Position numbers and translations under genes: made by a program | Sequence record: NC_019929.1 | Reading direction: 5' to 3' (one strand) | DNA length: 64,000 bases | The notes under the pieces: generated by a model | Database searches by the model: none | What the model saw: only the letters and a program-made list of their open reading frames with translations | Told to the model about the DNA's origin: nothing | Shown: positions 9,001 through 19,141 of the stretch, in pieces | Layout: each line of letters starts with the position of its first letter | How positions within the stretch are numbered: position 1 is the stretch's first letter

Positions 9001-11092
9001 AATCTTTAAAGGCGAGGGTACTGCCGTTCGACCGGACACAATCGGGCAATGTGATCTGGTACACGTCGTTGTGGGTCGCGTAGTTCATCGTCCCGTTGAA
9101 CAACACCAGATAGAACAGCCCATCGCTCGCCTCAAAGATAGCGGCGTCAGAATCCCCAACCACTACACGCGTCAATACCACACCAGGGAATTTACTCATC
9201 CCAGCTGGATGGTACGGGAACGTCGTGGGGTAGTTCTTCAGGAAATTATTAGACCCCCCAATAGACGCATACCAGTAATAGACCCGTCGGGTGTCTTCTG
9301 GCCCATCGCTGCCGTTACGCAGTACATAGACGTTACCGCCTTCGTAACGGGCAACCGCCCAGTTATTGGAACGGTCGTAGCCAAAGCCCGCGTAGTTACT
9401 GACGGTAGGAATAGGCAGGAAACTCGGGTTACCGTATTCCGCACCCCCGACTGTCCAGGATGGCAGTAAGGTGTTCACCTTCTCATTCAGCGACTTGATA
9501 GACTGGTCGATAGCGTACCCCTGTTTCGAGGTCACCATCTTATCATCGGTCGAGTCAATCGCATCCCACAGCTTCACCAGACCACTGACAGACGTTGACC
9601 CGTACGGGACGTTGTCCAAATCAGCGAGGGTATGCGTGTGGTCTGTTTTTGCCTTACTCGCCAATGCCGCAGTTAGTGCTTTGGTAACCGGCTTCTCTAA
9701 CGGGGCAGTGTTGTCCATTTTGTCGATACCGAAATCGGTTTTCGTCAAGGTCAACACTTGTTTCCCATCAGACCCTTTCACAAACTTCTTGCCGTTGATG
9801 CTGTAAGTGTCATCAACGTACAAGTCCAGTTTGTTTTTCAGGTCATTCACCGCTTTCTGCGAAATAGCAGCACCGGTGGCTACTGAGTTCGAGATATTGG
9901 TAATAGAGAACAGACCCGCCACCGCCGTCGTTGCGGTAGGCAGTTCCACGTTCATGTACACCCGGTTGGTGTCTTTCCCGCTACCGTAAATCTTGAGCGT
10001 ATCGCTCGATTTAAAGTAGGCGTTCGCCGGTAACAGTTTCACCGAGGTCAGATACATCCCGACCATCTCCGGCGTCACCAGATACACAGAGTTAAACACC
10101 GGGGCCAAGACATCGGCTGCTGCACCGGAGTGTACCCAGAGGGTATTCAGGCCCGCAGAGAACTCTACCCCGATGCCAGGGTCGTTGTTGTCCTGGTCAG
10201 CTTTCAAGACCAGCGGTTTCGGCGAGGTAATAATGAACTTCTCGCCCTTCATGCTGATCAGGTGACCTGCGGTGGTCTGGAAAGTAATCGCATCGTTGTT
10301 CAGAACACGCAGACGTCCCAGTAAATCCCCCAGGGTGTTATCCATCAGCAGGTCAACGTGGGCTTGTGAAATGCCCGAGGTGGACATCAACGTCACCAGC
10401 TCTGCCAAGGTACGGCCGAAGGCTTTCGTCGCGTCTACGGCCTTCCCAACGACCGGGAGCGCCCCTACGTCAGTGGTGGTGTAACCGTGGGCATTACTTT
10501 TCAGGTGGTGCTGGTACATCTCCTGCTCGAACACGGTGTTACCGTTCTGGTAAATCATGTCGGTCAGTTCAGTAAAGGCACCGTCCAGCTCACTGGCACG
10601 CTCGAGAATACCCAGACGAATATCTTCCAGCGCTTTCACCACTTCATCACGCAGAATCGCCTCATCCAGATTCTCTGGCGGGTCGATAGGTGAGATAACC
10701 GGGGCGTACTTCATTAACTCTGACCAATCCACGTTACGCGGATCGGGCAAGTCGGTTTTGACCAGGTACTTACCAATCTCTGACTGAGGTAGGCGATATT
10801 GACGCCCCACGGCCAGGAACTCGTAATCCACTTCGGAGGCAGTCAGTAGGATGAAGCCCCCGTAGATTTGGTCTTGCTCAGCTTCGGCCAGCTCTTTGAA
10901 ATAGTAACCGAGATAGTAATCCAGACCCTCAATCAGGGTGCGTTTACCGCCGGGTGCTGTTGCATCCTTAACGGTGAGTTTCAGACCAATACGGTAGAAA
11001 GGCCCTTCGGCAGGAATCACCGCATTGTATTTGTTCGGGTACGTTGCGGTCTTAAGCGTACCGTTAAACTGCGCCGCATCTTCTCTCGGCAT
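6062..11092 (-). CDS. Long tail-fibre-like protein (1676 aa)
   Basis: ATG 11092 with GGAG; shared N-terminal GPFY domain; fibre motifs ATTAVAGLFSI, LTKTDFGIDKMDNTAPLEKPV, DHTH; beta-rich distal part. Confidence 0.8.
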   Translation of the reverse strand: MPREDAAQFNGTLKTATYPNKYNAVIPAEGPFYRIGLKLTVKDATAPGGKRTLIEGLDYYLGYYFKELAEAEQDQIYGGFILLTASEVDYEFLAVGRQYRLPQSEIGKYLVKTDLPDPRNVDWSELMKYAPVISPIDPPENLDEAILRDEVVKALEDIRLGILERASELDGAFTELTDMIYQNGNTVFEQEMYQHHLKSNAHGYTTTDVGALPVVGKAVDATKAFGRTLAELVTLMSTSGISQAHVDLLMDNTLGDLLGRLRVLNNDAITFQTTAGHLISMKGEKFIITSPKPLVLKADQDNNDPGIGVEFSAGLNTLWVHSGAAADVLAPVFNSVYLVTPEMVGMYLTSVKLLPANAYFKSSDTLKIYGSGKDTNRVYMNVELPTATTAVAGLFSITNISNSVATGAAISQKAVNDLKNKLDLYVDDTYSINGKKFVKGSDGKQVLTLTKTDFGIDKMDNTAPLEKPVTKALTAALASKAKTDHTHTLADLDNVPYGSTSVSGLVKLWDAIDSTDDKMVTSKQGYAIDQSIKSLNEKVNTLLPSWTVGGAEYGNPSFLPIPTVSNYAGFGYDRSNNWAVARYEGGNVYVLRNGSDGPEDTRRVYYWYASIGGSNNFLKNYPTTFPYHPAGMSKFPGVVLTRVVVGDSDAAIFEASDGLFYLVLFNGTMNYATHNDVYQITLPDCVRSNGSTLAFKDYRQYSTVTVTKGRVVVLMSIVNNTRFTVGGWSISLSELRSKNSSTIPVINFNYPDKDGDVALIVQEGGYGDDATTKFLAYRTAEGKARWPNGNAVNYLPSFYSASQVNMVRLRAEMHGYFSDNTSAQWTDAWSVSLSLNTENWLLTLENKIFPIALTENKIEFPNAQPLPSVTNRNKGVALTNRVFLSSGLLMNSFCDVYSNNPPRIGISPAPNTSLYDLLGSSTTLIETANATVGGAVGSVYQQYMRGLIHLGGTANTVLMRHLNVAAEVIQLRYTQSSRYFPDYPGWGPDNARIAVTDPDYRTLLSSPNIWKDGQLYINGRVITEAGSFPYKTVTGTSTFTADRITVTDATWAALNAAIAAAVPVWNDELVVQTLTKLQVFDVGGLNAAFAMASVRMWDNTSRLVTHTFTWVWKLPMSVTNGNVQLGTTMLTPVVENYRDPDAGISLAHDQYTNSKLIQRDDGYVLFLGALYRMGVVGDSRWRSFLLSCDTTFGGWTNSLISMNPSSNEVDIVVMPETGYIGMTKWLFNGLYFAASVYKNTVRNFRTGTPEDNILAGTKTAEGWALYITEQELLRFGSAYYTLGEYSSDIRDLYPTNYQNRTFYMHAALVNGVPQYRLLEQQEPDSDTQLYIGTVVTDSERITLSTFDKVKRFGNVKQLVEHAAVANRHDVSAAREARIGSMAQLSKVPLATPGSGTAGYADGQELSKGITRQTRPALPIQKRYSGFGATRWQDLVNVSERFWLKPPVETAAVTADNARAASFNMKWIGAESVPHVAGETYVAVARLRFTVPGNIGDPARQITLRYAVPNGIPMFKYCLTSGVNPSAAEILFATGPDLVNVTGSGLPAGVEFVATLSAELTAAQYQTLKTKMLAIQVVDTTTGTVFRQTDVDTPFMLYALSDLTSSFGVVRVARELVIPNLPSEPAVVLNTGKDALNPPFVASYNSGTLTLTVACEYAGGNSLVDLDEIQVNLMFKS

Positions 11093-11111
11093 TGCAAAGA
11101 CTCCTACTTTG

Positions 11112-11146
11112 AAATAAAACGGATACCCCACCCCGGAGGGTGGGGT
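11112..11146 (-). terminator. Intrinsic terminator
   Basis: CCCCACCC-TCCG-GGGTGGGG stem-loop followed by a T-rich tract on the minus strand. Confidence 0.65.
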
Positions 11147-11182
11147 TACCTACGGACGCAAAACGTCCGCAGACGTTCCGTC

Positions 11183-14100
11183 CTAAGAGGACCACTCACC
11201 TAATGCGTTACCTGCCGCAGTCTGCTCACGCTTCAGCTCAGACAACACCCACAGCCAGGCTGTAGAAGTGAGATGGAAGGGGTTACGCTTCTCAGCCACG
11301 TACTGCGGGCTGGCGCTACGTAACTCCCACGCAGAGTCCTGTGTCAGTGTGGTGATGGTCGCCCCACTGCTGTCCAGCACGTTCAGACTGAACGACAAGT
11401 TCAATGTCTCACCATTTACGGTGTCCGCAGGTTTAAACCACAGGTACACCGCTTGTCCGGCACAGATAACCGTTGCATCAATTGCCGCAGACGGAGAACC
11501 TGCCCCGGCAGCCCAGCTTCGACCACTACCCCCATCTACGATACGAGACCCCAGAATAATCCCACCGGCCATAACCGGCCCGGTGATACTCCCGGTAATC
11601 TTCGCAATCGCTTTCGCCGTTGCCTTATCAGGACGCCAGCACAACATCACCGGTTCGCGGAACCGCATCGGGGTTTTACCGGCTGCCGTCGCTTTCGCCA
11701 CTGTCCAGTTAACCGGAAGTTTCCCTGCCGGGTACAGTAATGAACCGCGCTCGGCCCGTGAGGCATGGAACGGTAACCCCAGCTGCCCACGGTGTGAGAT
11801 TTCGGCATTACCTTGCCCACACGGCACGGACACCCATTCAGTCAATTCCCAGTTCACTGGTTCCCCATACGTTGTCGGGTCAACGACCTTTAACACATAC
11901 TCGGAATCACGAGTGTTGTCTGTACGCCGTTCGATATTGGTATCGACGTAGGCTTCAAACAAGGGGCGCAGGAACTGGTATTTGTCCAAATCGATTGCAG
12001 GGACGTTCGGGTTCATTAAGGCATGACCCACACGCAAACGCTCACTCGGGGCAAGACCATTGAACAGCACACCCACACCGTCACCCAGGAAGTACGAGAG
12101 TAAATCAAACGGCAGTTTAATCTCGACTTGCTGTTCACGCACCCCAGTAAAGCCAGGCTGACCACACAGGACAGACATACGCAAGATACCGGTAGTGACG
12201 TTATAACGGTAACGTACGGCCCAACGTGGGGAATACGTGCCGGTGAACGGCGCATTGGTTCCCAGGTCGACGTAATCCAGACAGTCGCCGGTTGCAATGG
12301 TGGTATCGGAAAGTTTGGTCACGGTAATCCCGCGTGTCACTTCCGTCAACCCAATGACTGGGATGTTGCCACTGTTACGCACATCAGGCGCTTCTTGCGC
12401 CGTACGACTCAAATACCCGTAATGGCACTTGAAGTCTTTCAACGAAATGCGCAACAGCTTACTGCTGCCCGGCATAGCGTTCTTTGCCGCGATCAGCACC
12501 AGGTACGGTTCTTCGGCATGAGCAACTGCCGCGGCGTTGTTCCCCACGTCAATGGTCAGTGTCCCTTCAAACGTCGGAGCGTTATTCTCTTTCGGGTTGA
12601 ACTGGGTGAACCAACACATCGGGTGATTACCAACGGTTTCGAACCAGGCCAAAATATCCGATGAACCGTTACCGGTGTGGTACCAGTCAATCATTCCGCG
12701 GGTACCGAAGTAAAGGTTCCCGTAAGAGTTGTTGGAGTTGTTCTTCGTGATAGCATGGTTGTACGGTTCCGGCTGCACTTTACCCAACATCTTAAACCGC
12801 GGGTTATCACTGAACGCCCAGTCACTGGCTTTAGAGCCGTGGGCTTTGCGTATCGCGATATGATCGGAGATTTCATCCGACGGCCCGAAGTCGAAGGTAG
12901 TATTAAAGGTAAGCGTACTGGCGGCACCCGGACTGTTAGGCAAGTCAACATACCCGATGAGGCCACGTTCGATATCCAAGTCCTGCGAGAGGATAGGCTC
13001 AGCACGCGAATACAACGAGGTGGTCAACATGTTCACGTACAGGTAATGACGCAGCCCGCCCGGTTTGGTCACGAACTCTTGCAGGTGCTCCAGACGTGTC
13101 TCTGTCCCGGACGTATACAACGGATAGATGTCATCGTAGATGTCGAACTGCAAGGCAGCGGCTTTCGCAGGGTCGTTACACTCTGCTTTAATCGCAATGC
13201 AGTGCTCTTCAACACCCAACGGTGGTTCAGCCACGACATACAGCGGTGAGTTCCCCGTCGCAACTTGTTCCCCGTTCAGGTACACGGTGATTTTACCGCC
13301 ACCGGCGATGTACATCTTAAAGGCACCGGTTGCTGATTTCAAACGCATCTTAGCGAGCACGGACACCACGGACAGATTCCCCATCCCGGTGGTCGACTTA
13401 CCGATTTGTTTTCCCTGAATTGCAATCGGAGGCTGTTCCGTCATCCCGGTAAAGGTCAACCCCGCACCGGTATTGACAACAGCCGCACTCCAGGTGTCCT
13501 CCATCTGGTTATCCGGAGAGAACCAGTTGAACATCGGAGTCGTCTGCAAATCAATTGACCCGGATACCACACCCTCTTTGCGTGTCCCGTCTTGCAGATA
13601 GAAATATTTCAAATCTGTGACAGACATGCGATAGGTGTTGAGTGTCCAGGTAGACGCATTCACCGCCGTAAAGTCGGTAACGGTACCGGACTTCGCATTG
13701 GCGAGGGCGGCTGCCACCACCGCTAAACGGTCAGACAAGGCTTTCAACACCGACGGAGTCACGCCACGACCCGCAGCCAACCCAGCTTGGTTCTTGGAAT
13801 AACGCCCAATCCCCTGGAGCTGTTGTGAGGCTTCGTAGATGTTCAGCTCTGACCAGTCATGGTGGTGTCCTGTCGGGCTGAGGTCTGTAAGCGCTTCACT
13901 GAGGTCATCAGACAGCGGTTTGTCGACGTCGGGGGTGTTGTTCGCATTCCCCAGTCCCAGGTCGGTCTTGGTCAGCGTACGACTACCATCGTCCATTGCT
14001 TTGTTGTTCAGCAAAGTCGATTTCAGCACGTATCCGCCCATGTCCGCTTCGTACCCCGTCAGGGAGTCAGGCGTTGCCGCCACTCCCGAGGTCTCTGTCC

Positions 14101-15352
14101 CTGGCCCTTTTTTCAGTTTGACCACACCTTTAACGGTAGTGGTCGCGTTCTGCGGCGTGACGGTGCCGGTGACCGGGTCGACTTTCGACCCTTTGCCCGT
14201 AAAGTTAATCCCGTTACGTCCTTCGATGTACACCTTGGTATCATCAGGGTCAGTCGTACCTCCGCCATCGTTCGGGTCTTGTTGGTACTCCATCAGTGCC
14301 GTGGTGGTCAGCAGCGTCACCCCGTTAAGGGTGAGTTTATCCATCCCCAACGCTGAACCCGTAGATTCGATGCGTAAAGTGTTGGTGCCTGCTTTCCATT
14401 CCATAAAGCGCACGGTGCTGTCACCCGAAACATACCCAGCGGCCAGAATAATCGAGCCGTTCGATTTCAGAGTAAAAGCATCAGTGGAGAACACAATCTC
14501 AGACTCACCCCCAGGCGAACGGAACAATGCCCGCGTCCCTGAGATGGTGGCATTGAAGACACCCTTGGCATCTTTCGATACCCACTTCGAGATGTACTTA
14601 TCAATGTCAGCCTGTTGCAACCCTAACGTACGAATCTCACTGGTGAGCTGCTGGAGTTTCTTTCCGTAGGCCAGGAAGGTATCCGGCGTTTTCAACGACA
14701 CCGGGTGCGCGCCATTCTGCGCCACCGTGGTGCTGTGTGGGTTTTTGGCTGCTGTGTGTGCCGGGAAGTTAAACGTCACAATCTCGTTGGCCAGTCCCTG
14801 CACTTCGGCTTTCAATGCGGTAAGCTTATCGCGAATCAAATCGTTCGCAGCACCCGCATCGACTTCTACATCGTGAACCGCAGAAGCCAGGTACTTCTTA
14901 TTCAGCATATCCGCCCAGGAGGTGGCTGCTGGGGTGGCCGGATACAAAGAGGGACGGTTAGCCAGTAGCAGGAAGTCCGCACTGGTCGGGTTGTTGATGT
15001 ACTTAATCAATTCATCGAGAATCTCAACGAAAGCATCGTAGAACGTACCCCCGAGCATTTGCCCTTCAAAGGACACCAAACCTTTGATTGTAGGGTTAAT
15101 CAGGTGCACCCCACAAAACACTGGGGTCGTTACCGAGTCGTCCAGCGCCGTTAGCGCATACTCCAGTTCGTAATCCACCCCGCGGGTCAGCGGGTTAGAC
15201 GAACCAGGTTGGCGAACCACCAACCCGTCGAAGAACGGGGAGTGGTCTAAGACCACCACCCGGTCGTTGGAGTTATCGGACTCGATGATACGTTCCTCAG
15301 TGAAGTGATTCTCGGTATTAGTGCCCCGAGGATCGTAAGGATACGTTTTCAT
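11183..15352 (-). CDS. Long tail-fibre-like protein (1389 aa)
   Basis: YPYDPRG..SPFF N-domain; ATTTVKGVVKL, LTKTDLGLGNANNTPDVDKPL, GHHH motifs. Confidence 0.8.
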   Translation of the reverse strand: MKTYPYDPRGTNTENHFTEERIIESDNSNDRVVVLDHSPFFDGLVVRQPGSSNPLTRGVDYELEYALTALDDSVTTPVFCGVHLINPTIKGLVSFEGQMLGGTFYDAFVEILDELIKYINNPTSADFLLLANRPSLYPATPAATSWADMLNKKYLASAVHDVEVDAGAANDLIRDKLTALKAEVQGLANEIVTFNFPAHTAAKNPHSTTVAQNGAHPVSLKTPDTFLAYGKKLQQLTSEIRTLGLQQADIDKYISKWVSKDAKGVFNATISGTRALFRSPGGESEIVFSTDAFTLKSNGSIILAAGYVSGDSTVRFMEWKAGTNTLRIESTGSALGMDKLTLNGVTLLTTTALMEYQQDPNDGGGTTDPDDTKVYIEGRNGINFTGKGSKVDPVTGTVTPQNATTTVKGVVKLKKGPGTETSGVAATPDSLTGYEADMGGYVLKSTLLNNKAMDDGSRTLTKTDLGLGNANNTPDVDKPLSDDLSEALTDLSPTGHHHDWSELNIYEASQQLQGIGRYSKNQAGLAAGRGVTPSVLKALSDRLAVVAAALANAKSGTVTDFTAVNASTWTLNTYRMSVTDLKYFYLQDGTRKEGVVSGSIDLQTTPMFNWFSPDNQMEDTWSAAVVNTGAGLTFTGMTEQPPIAIQGKQIGKSTTGMGNLSVVSVLAKMRLKSATGAFKMYIAGGGKITVYLNGEQVATGNSPLYVVAEPPLGVEEHCIAIKAECNDPAKAAALQFDIYDDIYPLYTSGTETRLEHLQEFVTKPGGLRHYLYVNMLTTSLYSRAEPILSQDLDIERGLIGYVDLPNSPGAASTLTFNTTFDFGPSDEISDHIAIRKAHGSKASDWAFSDNPRFKMLGKVQPEPYNHAITKNNSNNSYGNLYFGTRGMIDWYHTGNGSSDILAWFETVGNHPMCWFTQFNPKENNAPTFEGTLTIDVGNNAAAVAHAEEPYLVLIAAKNAMPGSSKLLRISLKDFKCHYGYLSRTAQEAPDVRNSGNIPVIGLTEVTRGITVTKLSDTTIATGDCLDYVDLGTNAPFTGTYSPRWAVRYRYNVTTGILRMSVLCGQPGFTGVREQQVEIKLPFDLLSYFLGDGVGVLFNGLAPSERLRVGHALMNPNVPAIDLDKYQFLRPLFEAYVDTNIERRTDNTRDSEYVLKVVDPTTYGEPVNWELTEWVSVPCGQGNAEISHRGQLGLPFHASRAERGSLLYPAGKLPVNWTVAKATAAGKTPMRFREPVMLCWRPDKATAKAIAKITGSITGPVMAGGIILGSRIVDGGSGRSWAAGAGSPSAAIDATVICAGQAVYLWFKPADTVNGETLNLSFSLNVLDSSGATITTLTQDSAWELRSASPQYVAEKRNPFHLTSTAWLWVLSELKREQTAAGNALGEWSS

Positions 15353-15364
15353 TCAGAGTTCTCC

Positions 15365-18300
15365 TTAATCGCGGAAAATCGCCGCACGAGCTAAATTGTT
15401 TTGACAGTACGCAATCACACGTTCTTCATTAACCTGCGTCGGGATAGGCAACACGTTCACGTTCTGAACCAATGTCCGTTCCGCATCTGCGATGGTCATA
15501 GCCAGCGTTTCGAGCGTGCTGTCGCCCCCAACATAATTGAACTCCAGAAAACGGGCGCGGTTTAACACCGAGAAGTTTGCCAGGTAGTCCAGGAAGGTTG
15601 CGTTAAAGAACCGGGTGTAGGTCGTGTCAGTCGGGTGCGTCACGGTGGCGCGCGTAGACGCGTTGAACAGTCCACCCAGTCCTTGGTAAACCGGGGTCGT
15701 CGATTCTTTCCACAGCGCACTGATGTCAAGGTAATCCGGTCGGATACGGTTTGACAAATCGATGGTTTGGGTAGTTCCCGCTGCACGAGCGGTACACTTC
15801 ACCGTCTTCACCGCTTCACCCAAGGTTAACACAATGTCGTACACCAGACTTGCCATCGTCAGCACGCAAGTGATGGTCAGGGTACCGTCAATAGCCCGTG
15901 AGTTGCTAAAGGTTAATGACGGTGACAGCTCCGTCCAGGCAGGTGCGGGGGACGCAACACGCATGGGGGTAAAGCCGATGACCACGTTACGCCCTGCACC
16001 AAAGTTGATACCGAGACCGGCATAACAGAACAGGCCGTTACTGTCGGCAATACGGGTACCTCGACTCATCAGGATGGAGACACGGTTAAAGAAGTTGTCT
16101 TTATCGTGCCAGCCTGCAACGATGGATTCGAGCAGCGTGTTATAGCTCTGGTCGGCGAGTGCCCAGCTATGGGTAATCCCTGCGTTGCGATACAGCGGGA
16201 ACGTGTGGTGGATAAAGCGATAATCGTTCATCGTCACACCCGCAGGGTCAAACTCCCAACGGCTCGTCTGGCTGTCGTACAACATCCCCGACATCGGCCA
16301 ATACTGGTCAACCAACCCCATACGCCAATCGGCTTCACCACGCGAGGCATTCGGTACACCCGAAGACCAACACGGGCCCCCTTTCCCGTAACCTAACGTA
16401 TACCCGAAGTCTGCCATTGACATCGTCCGACGGATGTGGGCGTTGTCATTAGCCTTATGCTCCTCCAGTTCACGGTAATCACCGAGACGAGTCACGTTGT
16501 GAATCTCAGCAATCTCGATACCGTCCTCAGACGTATCAATCGTACCGACCTTCGTCATCGTGTCCGTTTCAGCCGTGTCTGGGTTGGCCAGGATATAGTA
16601 TTTCGCGGCCCCGTCAGCAATATCGACAAAGATACCAAAGGTGGTGTCTTCGTACGCGTCCGGGAAAGCCTCGGTTAAGTTCACGGTGGTAAGGGGGGCT
16701 TTGTATAGCTGACCCACGAAGTAGTTCTCTTCCGCAAGCGTGACCATCCAACCGGTGACCGTAGCCCCGTTTTGAATGATGTTACTGCCTGGCACCCCAA
16801 AGCGCAGGATATTGACAGAAGCGGCAGAGTCTACCCCTTTGGCCGTGGCTTCCAGCGTCCCAATACGGGTAGTCTGGTCAATCACCACCGAACCGTCGAG
16901 TGCCAGTGTCGCATTGTCGACGGCCAAGCCGTACTGAATCAACCCGAACTGGGTAGCCGTGGCGGCCTTCACACCGAAGACAGCCGCAGCGTGGGTGTGT
17001 CCGACTACCGCGTATTTCGCCATCTCAGCACTCTGGAGTGTTGAAACCGGCAAGTCCACGTCCGCGGTATTCACCACCTTATCCAAGTTAAAGGTTAACT
17101 TGTCGATAAACACAGAGCTGGTTAACGGCAGGTCATTGATGTACGCCTTCACTTTCTCGAGCTTACCGGTGAACATCGCATCCAACTTGGCAATCAACGC
17201 CGGGGTGGCTGCCAGGTCTTCCGCAGTACCGAAGTCATTGGCCAGTGAACGCATGGCCAAGATATTGACATCGGTAGAGGTCGGGGGCACGAAAGTACAG
17301 ATAAAGGGTACAGACTGTATCCCGTTCCCGTTGATGGTCACCGTTGCGGTATTCGTCCCGTAGAACAACCCATCATTACCACCGCCAGTTACACCCGGCA
17401 GGTATGGCCCTACCGTGGTTGGGTCGAGTAACTTCTTCCCGTTCCAGAGTAAGCCGCGGCTATCCGGGTAGAGAATCAGTTGGTTCGCCCCCGACTGGAA
17501 GGTGATCGGGTTGTTGCCCGCATTCACGGTCTGTGAATCACGACCCAGGAAACGAATGACTTTCGGGTCAACCGTAAACTGCGCACCAACACCACCCGTT
17601 TCTGTTGCCCCGGTAACAGACGTCACGGAGGTCAGACCCGGTTTGGTACCGAACGTACCGTTGATAGCCTGCGGGTTAGCCGAGTTACGCAACAGTTTGT
17701 TGGCGAGGTTACTGAGTTTCGGCAACAGGTTATTGATGTAATCGGCTAATTGGGTCTGTGTACGCCCATAGACGAGCGTTGCATCCGAGGCAATACCATT
17801 TAACTCCAATGCACGAATCGCGCCCCAGGAGTCGTTGTGTGGATTATCCTTGCGGGGTACGTGGGCGTGAGCTGGCGCATCATCGTAGAGTTTACGCACA
17901 ATCGCGTGATACTCTTTTAACAACGTCAGTACATCGCTACCGTCGGGCACGGTCATGCCAGGGAAAACAGCGTGACGCCAACTGTCACCTTTCACCACCG
18001 TAAACACCGTACGAACATCCGTACCGCGATGCAGAACAGCCAGCGTGTTGTTGGCCGCCATCGGTGCAACCAAGTTAGCCGGTGGGTTACGAAGGTCGAG
18101 GAGGAAGTCCATCTTCTTCGCACCGTTTGCATCGGTAACAATACAGTGCACCGTGTCGAGGTCGTAGTTACGATCCCATTGCACGCGGAACTTCCCAGCC
18201 ATAAACGATTTCGGGGCGGCGAAGCTGGCCACGGGATAGGTCGTGTTGCCAATAGACACATTCAGCGCCATTACTAACGTCGTGCTGTCCCACGCCAAGC

Positions 18301-19075
18301 CGATGTTCTGGAAAGGACTACCCCATGAAGCCAGAATCAACTGCTCCCAGGTCTTCGCGTTGGCGTTGGTGGCATAACCCGGCATGGTGTACGTGGTATC
18401 GTACTGGAAATTCTTCAGCAGATAATCGTTAGACGAATGGTACACCTGGATACCGCCAGCACTCTTGGCTTTATATCCCCCCTGCTGATCGTAATCAACC
18501 AACGACCGACCATTACTCATGAAGATGTCAGGGAACACCGGGGCATAGATGTTATTCAGATACGGGTCTGGAATCGGTGGTGGGGTACCAATCTTTTTAC
18601 CGATGGCCGTAATCGCTTCCATTAATTCCAGTTCACCCCGCCAGTTCTCACGATCGAACTGAATATCCACCGGTGGGAAGTAAACGTCACCAATAACCTC
18701 TTCCCACTGGCACTGACTTGGGAACTTGCCCGCATTCGCGGTACGCTCCGCGGTAATCTGTGCCTGGGTGGCAATGCCGTTACCGACTGCGTGGTAATCG
18801 ACTGTGAAGTCTTTGTAATACTTAGGGTTTGTTACCCAAATCATCCCGTGAGACACGTAGCCTGTGCGCAACATAGCCATCATGTACGGGTGAGTGATAA
18901 CGTAATCATCGCCTAAGGTTAAAACTTTGCCGCCGCTCTTGACCACCAGGGATGTGGTGTAAAAAGGGGCGTACGCGGGAACGAGCATCTTGTACGTCGT
19001 ACCAATCAGCGTCACCGCTTCACCGGTCTGCATGTTCCCCGGTTCTTTGAAGTGTGGGTCTAAGACGACAGCCAT
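15365..19075 (-). CDS. Long tail-fibre-like protein (1236 aa)
   Basis: LDP..APFY N-domain; NLDKVVNTADVDLPVS, GHTH, ATATQFGLIQY motifs. Confidence 0.8.
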   Translation of the reverse strand: MAVVLDPHFKEPGNMQTGEAVTLIGTTYKMLVPAYAPFYTTSLVVKSGGKVLTLGDDYVITHPYMMAMLRTGYVSHGMIWVTNPKYYKDFTVDYHAVGNGIATQAQITAERTANAGKFPSQCQWEEVIGDVYFPPVDIQFDRENWRGELELMEAITAIGKKIGTPPPIPDPYLNNIYAPVFPDIFMSNGRSLVDYDQQGGYKAKSAGGIQVYHSSNDYLLKNFQYDTTYTMPGYATNANAKTWEQLILASWGSPFQNIGLAWDSTTLVMALNVSIGNTTYPVASFAAPKSFMAGKFRVQWDRNYDLDTVHCIVTDANGAKKMDFLLDLRNPPANLVAPMAANNTLAVLHRGTDVRTVFTVVKGDSWRHAVFPGMTVPDGSDVLTLLKEYHAIVRKLYDDAPAHAHVPRKDNPHNDSWGAIRALELNGIASDATLVYGRTQTQLADYINNLLPKLSNLANKLLRNSANPQAINGTFGTKPGLTSVTSVTGATETGGVGAQFTVDPKVIRFLGRDSQTVNAGNNPITFQSGANQLILYPDSRGLLWNGKKLLDPTTVGPYLPGVTGGGNDGLFYGTNTATVTINGNGIQSVPFICTFVPPTSTDVNILAMRSLANDFGTAEDLAATPALIAKLDAMFTGKLEKVKAYINDLPLTSSVFIDKLTFNLDKVVNTADVDLPVSTLQSAEMAKYAVVGHTHAAAVFGVKAATATQFGLIQYGLAVDNATLALDGSVVIDQTTRIGTLEATAKGVDSAASVNILRFGVPGSNIIQNGATVTGWMVTLAEENYFVGQLYKAPLTTVNLTEAFPDAYEDTTFGIFVDIADGAAKYYILANPDTAETDTMTKVGTIDTSEDGIEIAEIHNVTRLGDYRELEEHKANDNAHIRRTMSMADFGYTLGYGKGGPCWSSGVPNASRGEADWRMGLVDQYWPMSGMLYDSQTSRWEFDPAGVTMNDYRFIHHTFPLYRNAGITHSWALADQSYNTLLESIVAGWHDKDNFFNRVSILMSRGTRIADSNGLFCYAGLGINFGAGRNVVIGFTPMRVASPAPAWTELSPSLTFSNSRAIDGTLTITCVLTMASLVYDIVLTLGEAVKTVKCTARAAGTTQTIDLSNRIRPDYLDISALWKESTTPVYQGLGGLFNASTRATVTHPTDTTYTRFFNATFLDYLANFSVLNRARFLEFNYVGGDSTLETLAMTIADAERTLVQNVNVLPIPTQVNEERVIAYCQNNLARAAIFRD

Positions 19076-19105
19076 GTTCTACTCCTATAATCGAGGGCGT
19101 CGAGT

Positions 19106-19116
19106 TCATACTATGA
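19106..19116. promoter_or_regulatory. Palindromic TCATACTATGA between divergent structural genes; candidate back-to-back late promoters
   Basis: Perfect inverted repeat giving TATG on both strands; phiKZ late promoters centre on TATG. Confidence 0.5.
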
Positions 19117-19141
19117 CCTGAACCCTTGGAGGAATAAGCCT

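Noticed and set aside
6035-18625. Many + strand ORFs of 60-276 aa inside the fibre genes
   Set aside because: Antisense shadows of long minus-strand genes; no RBS or motifs
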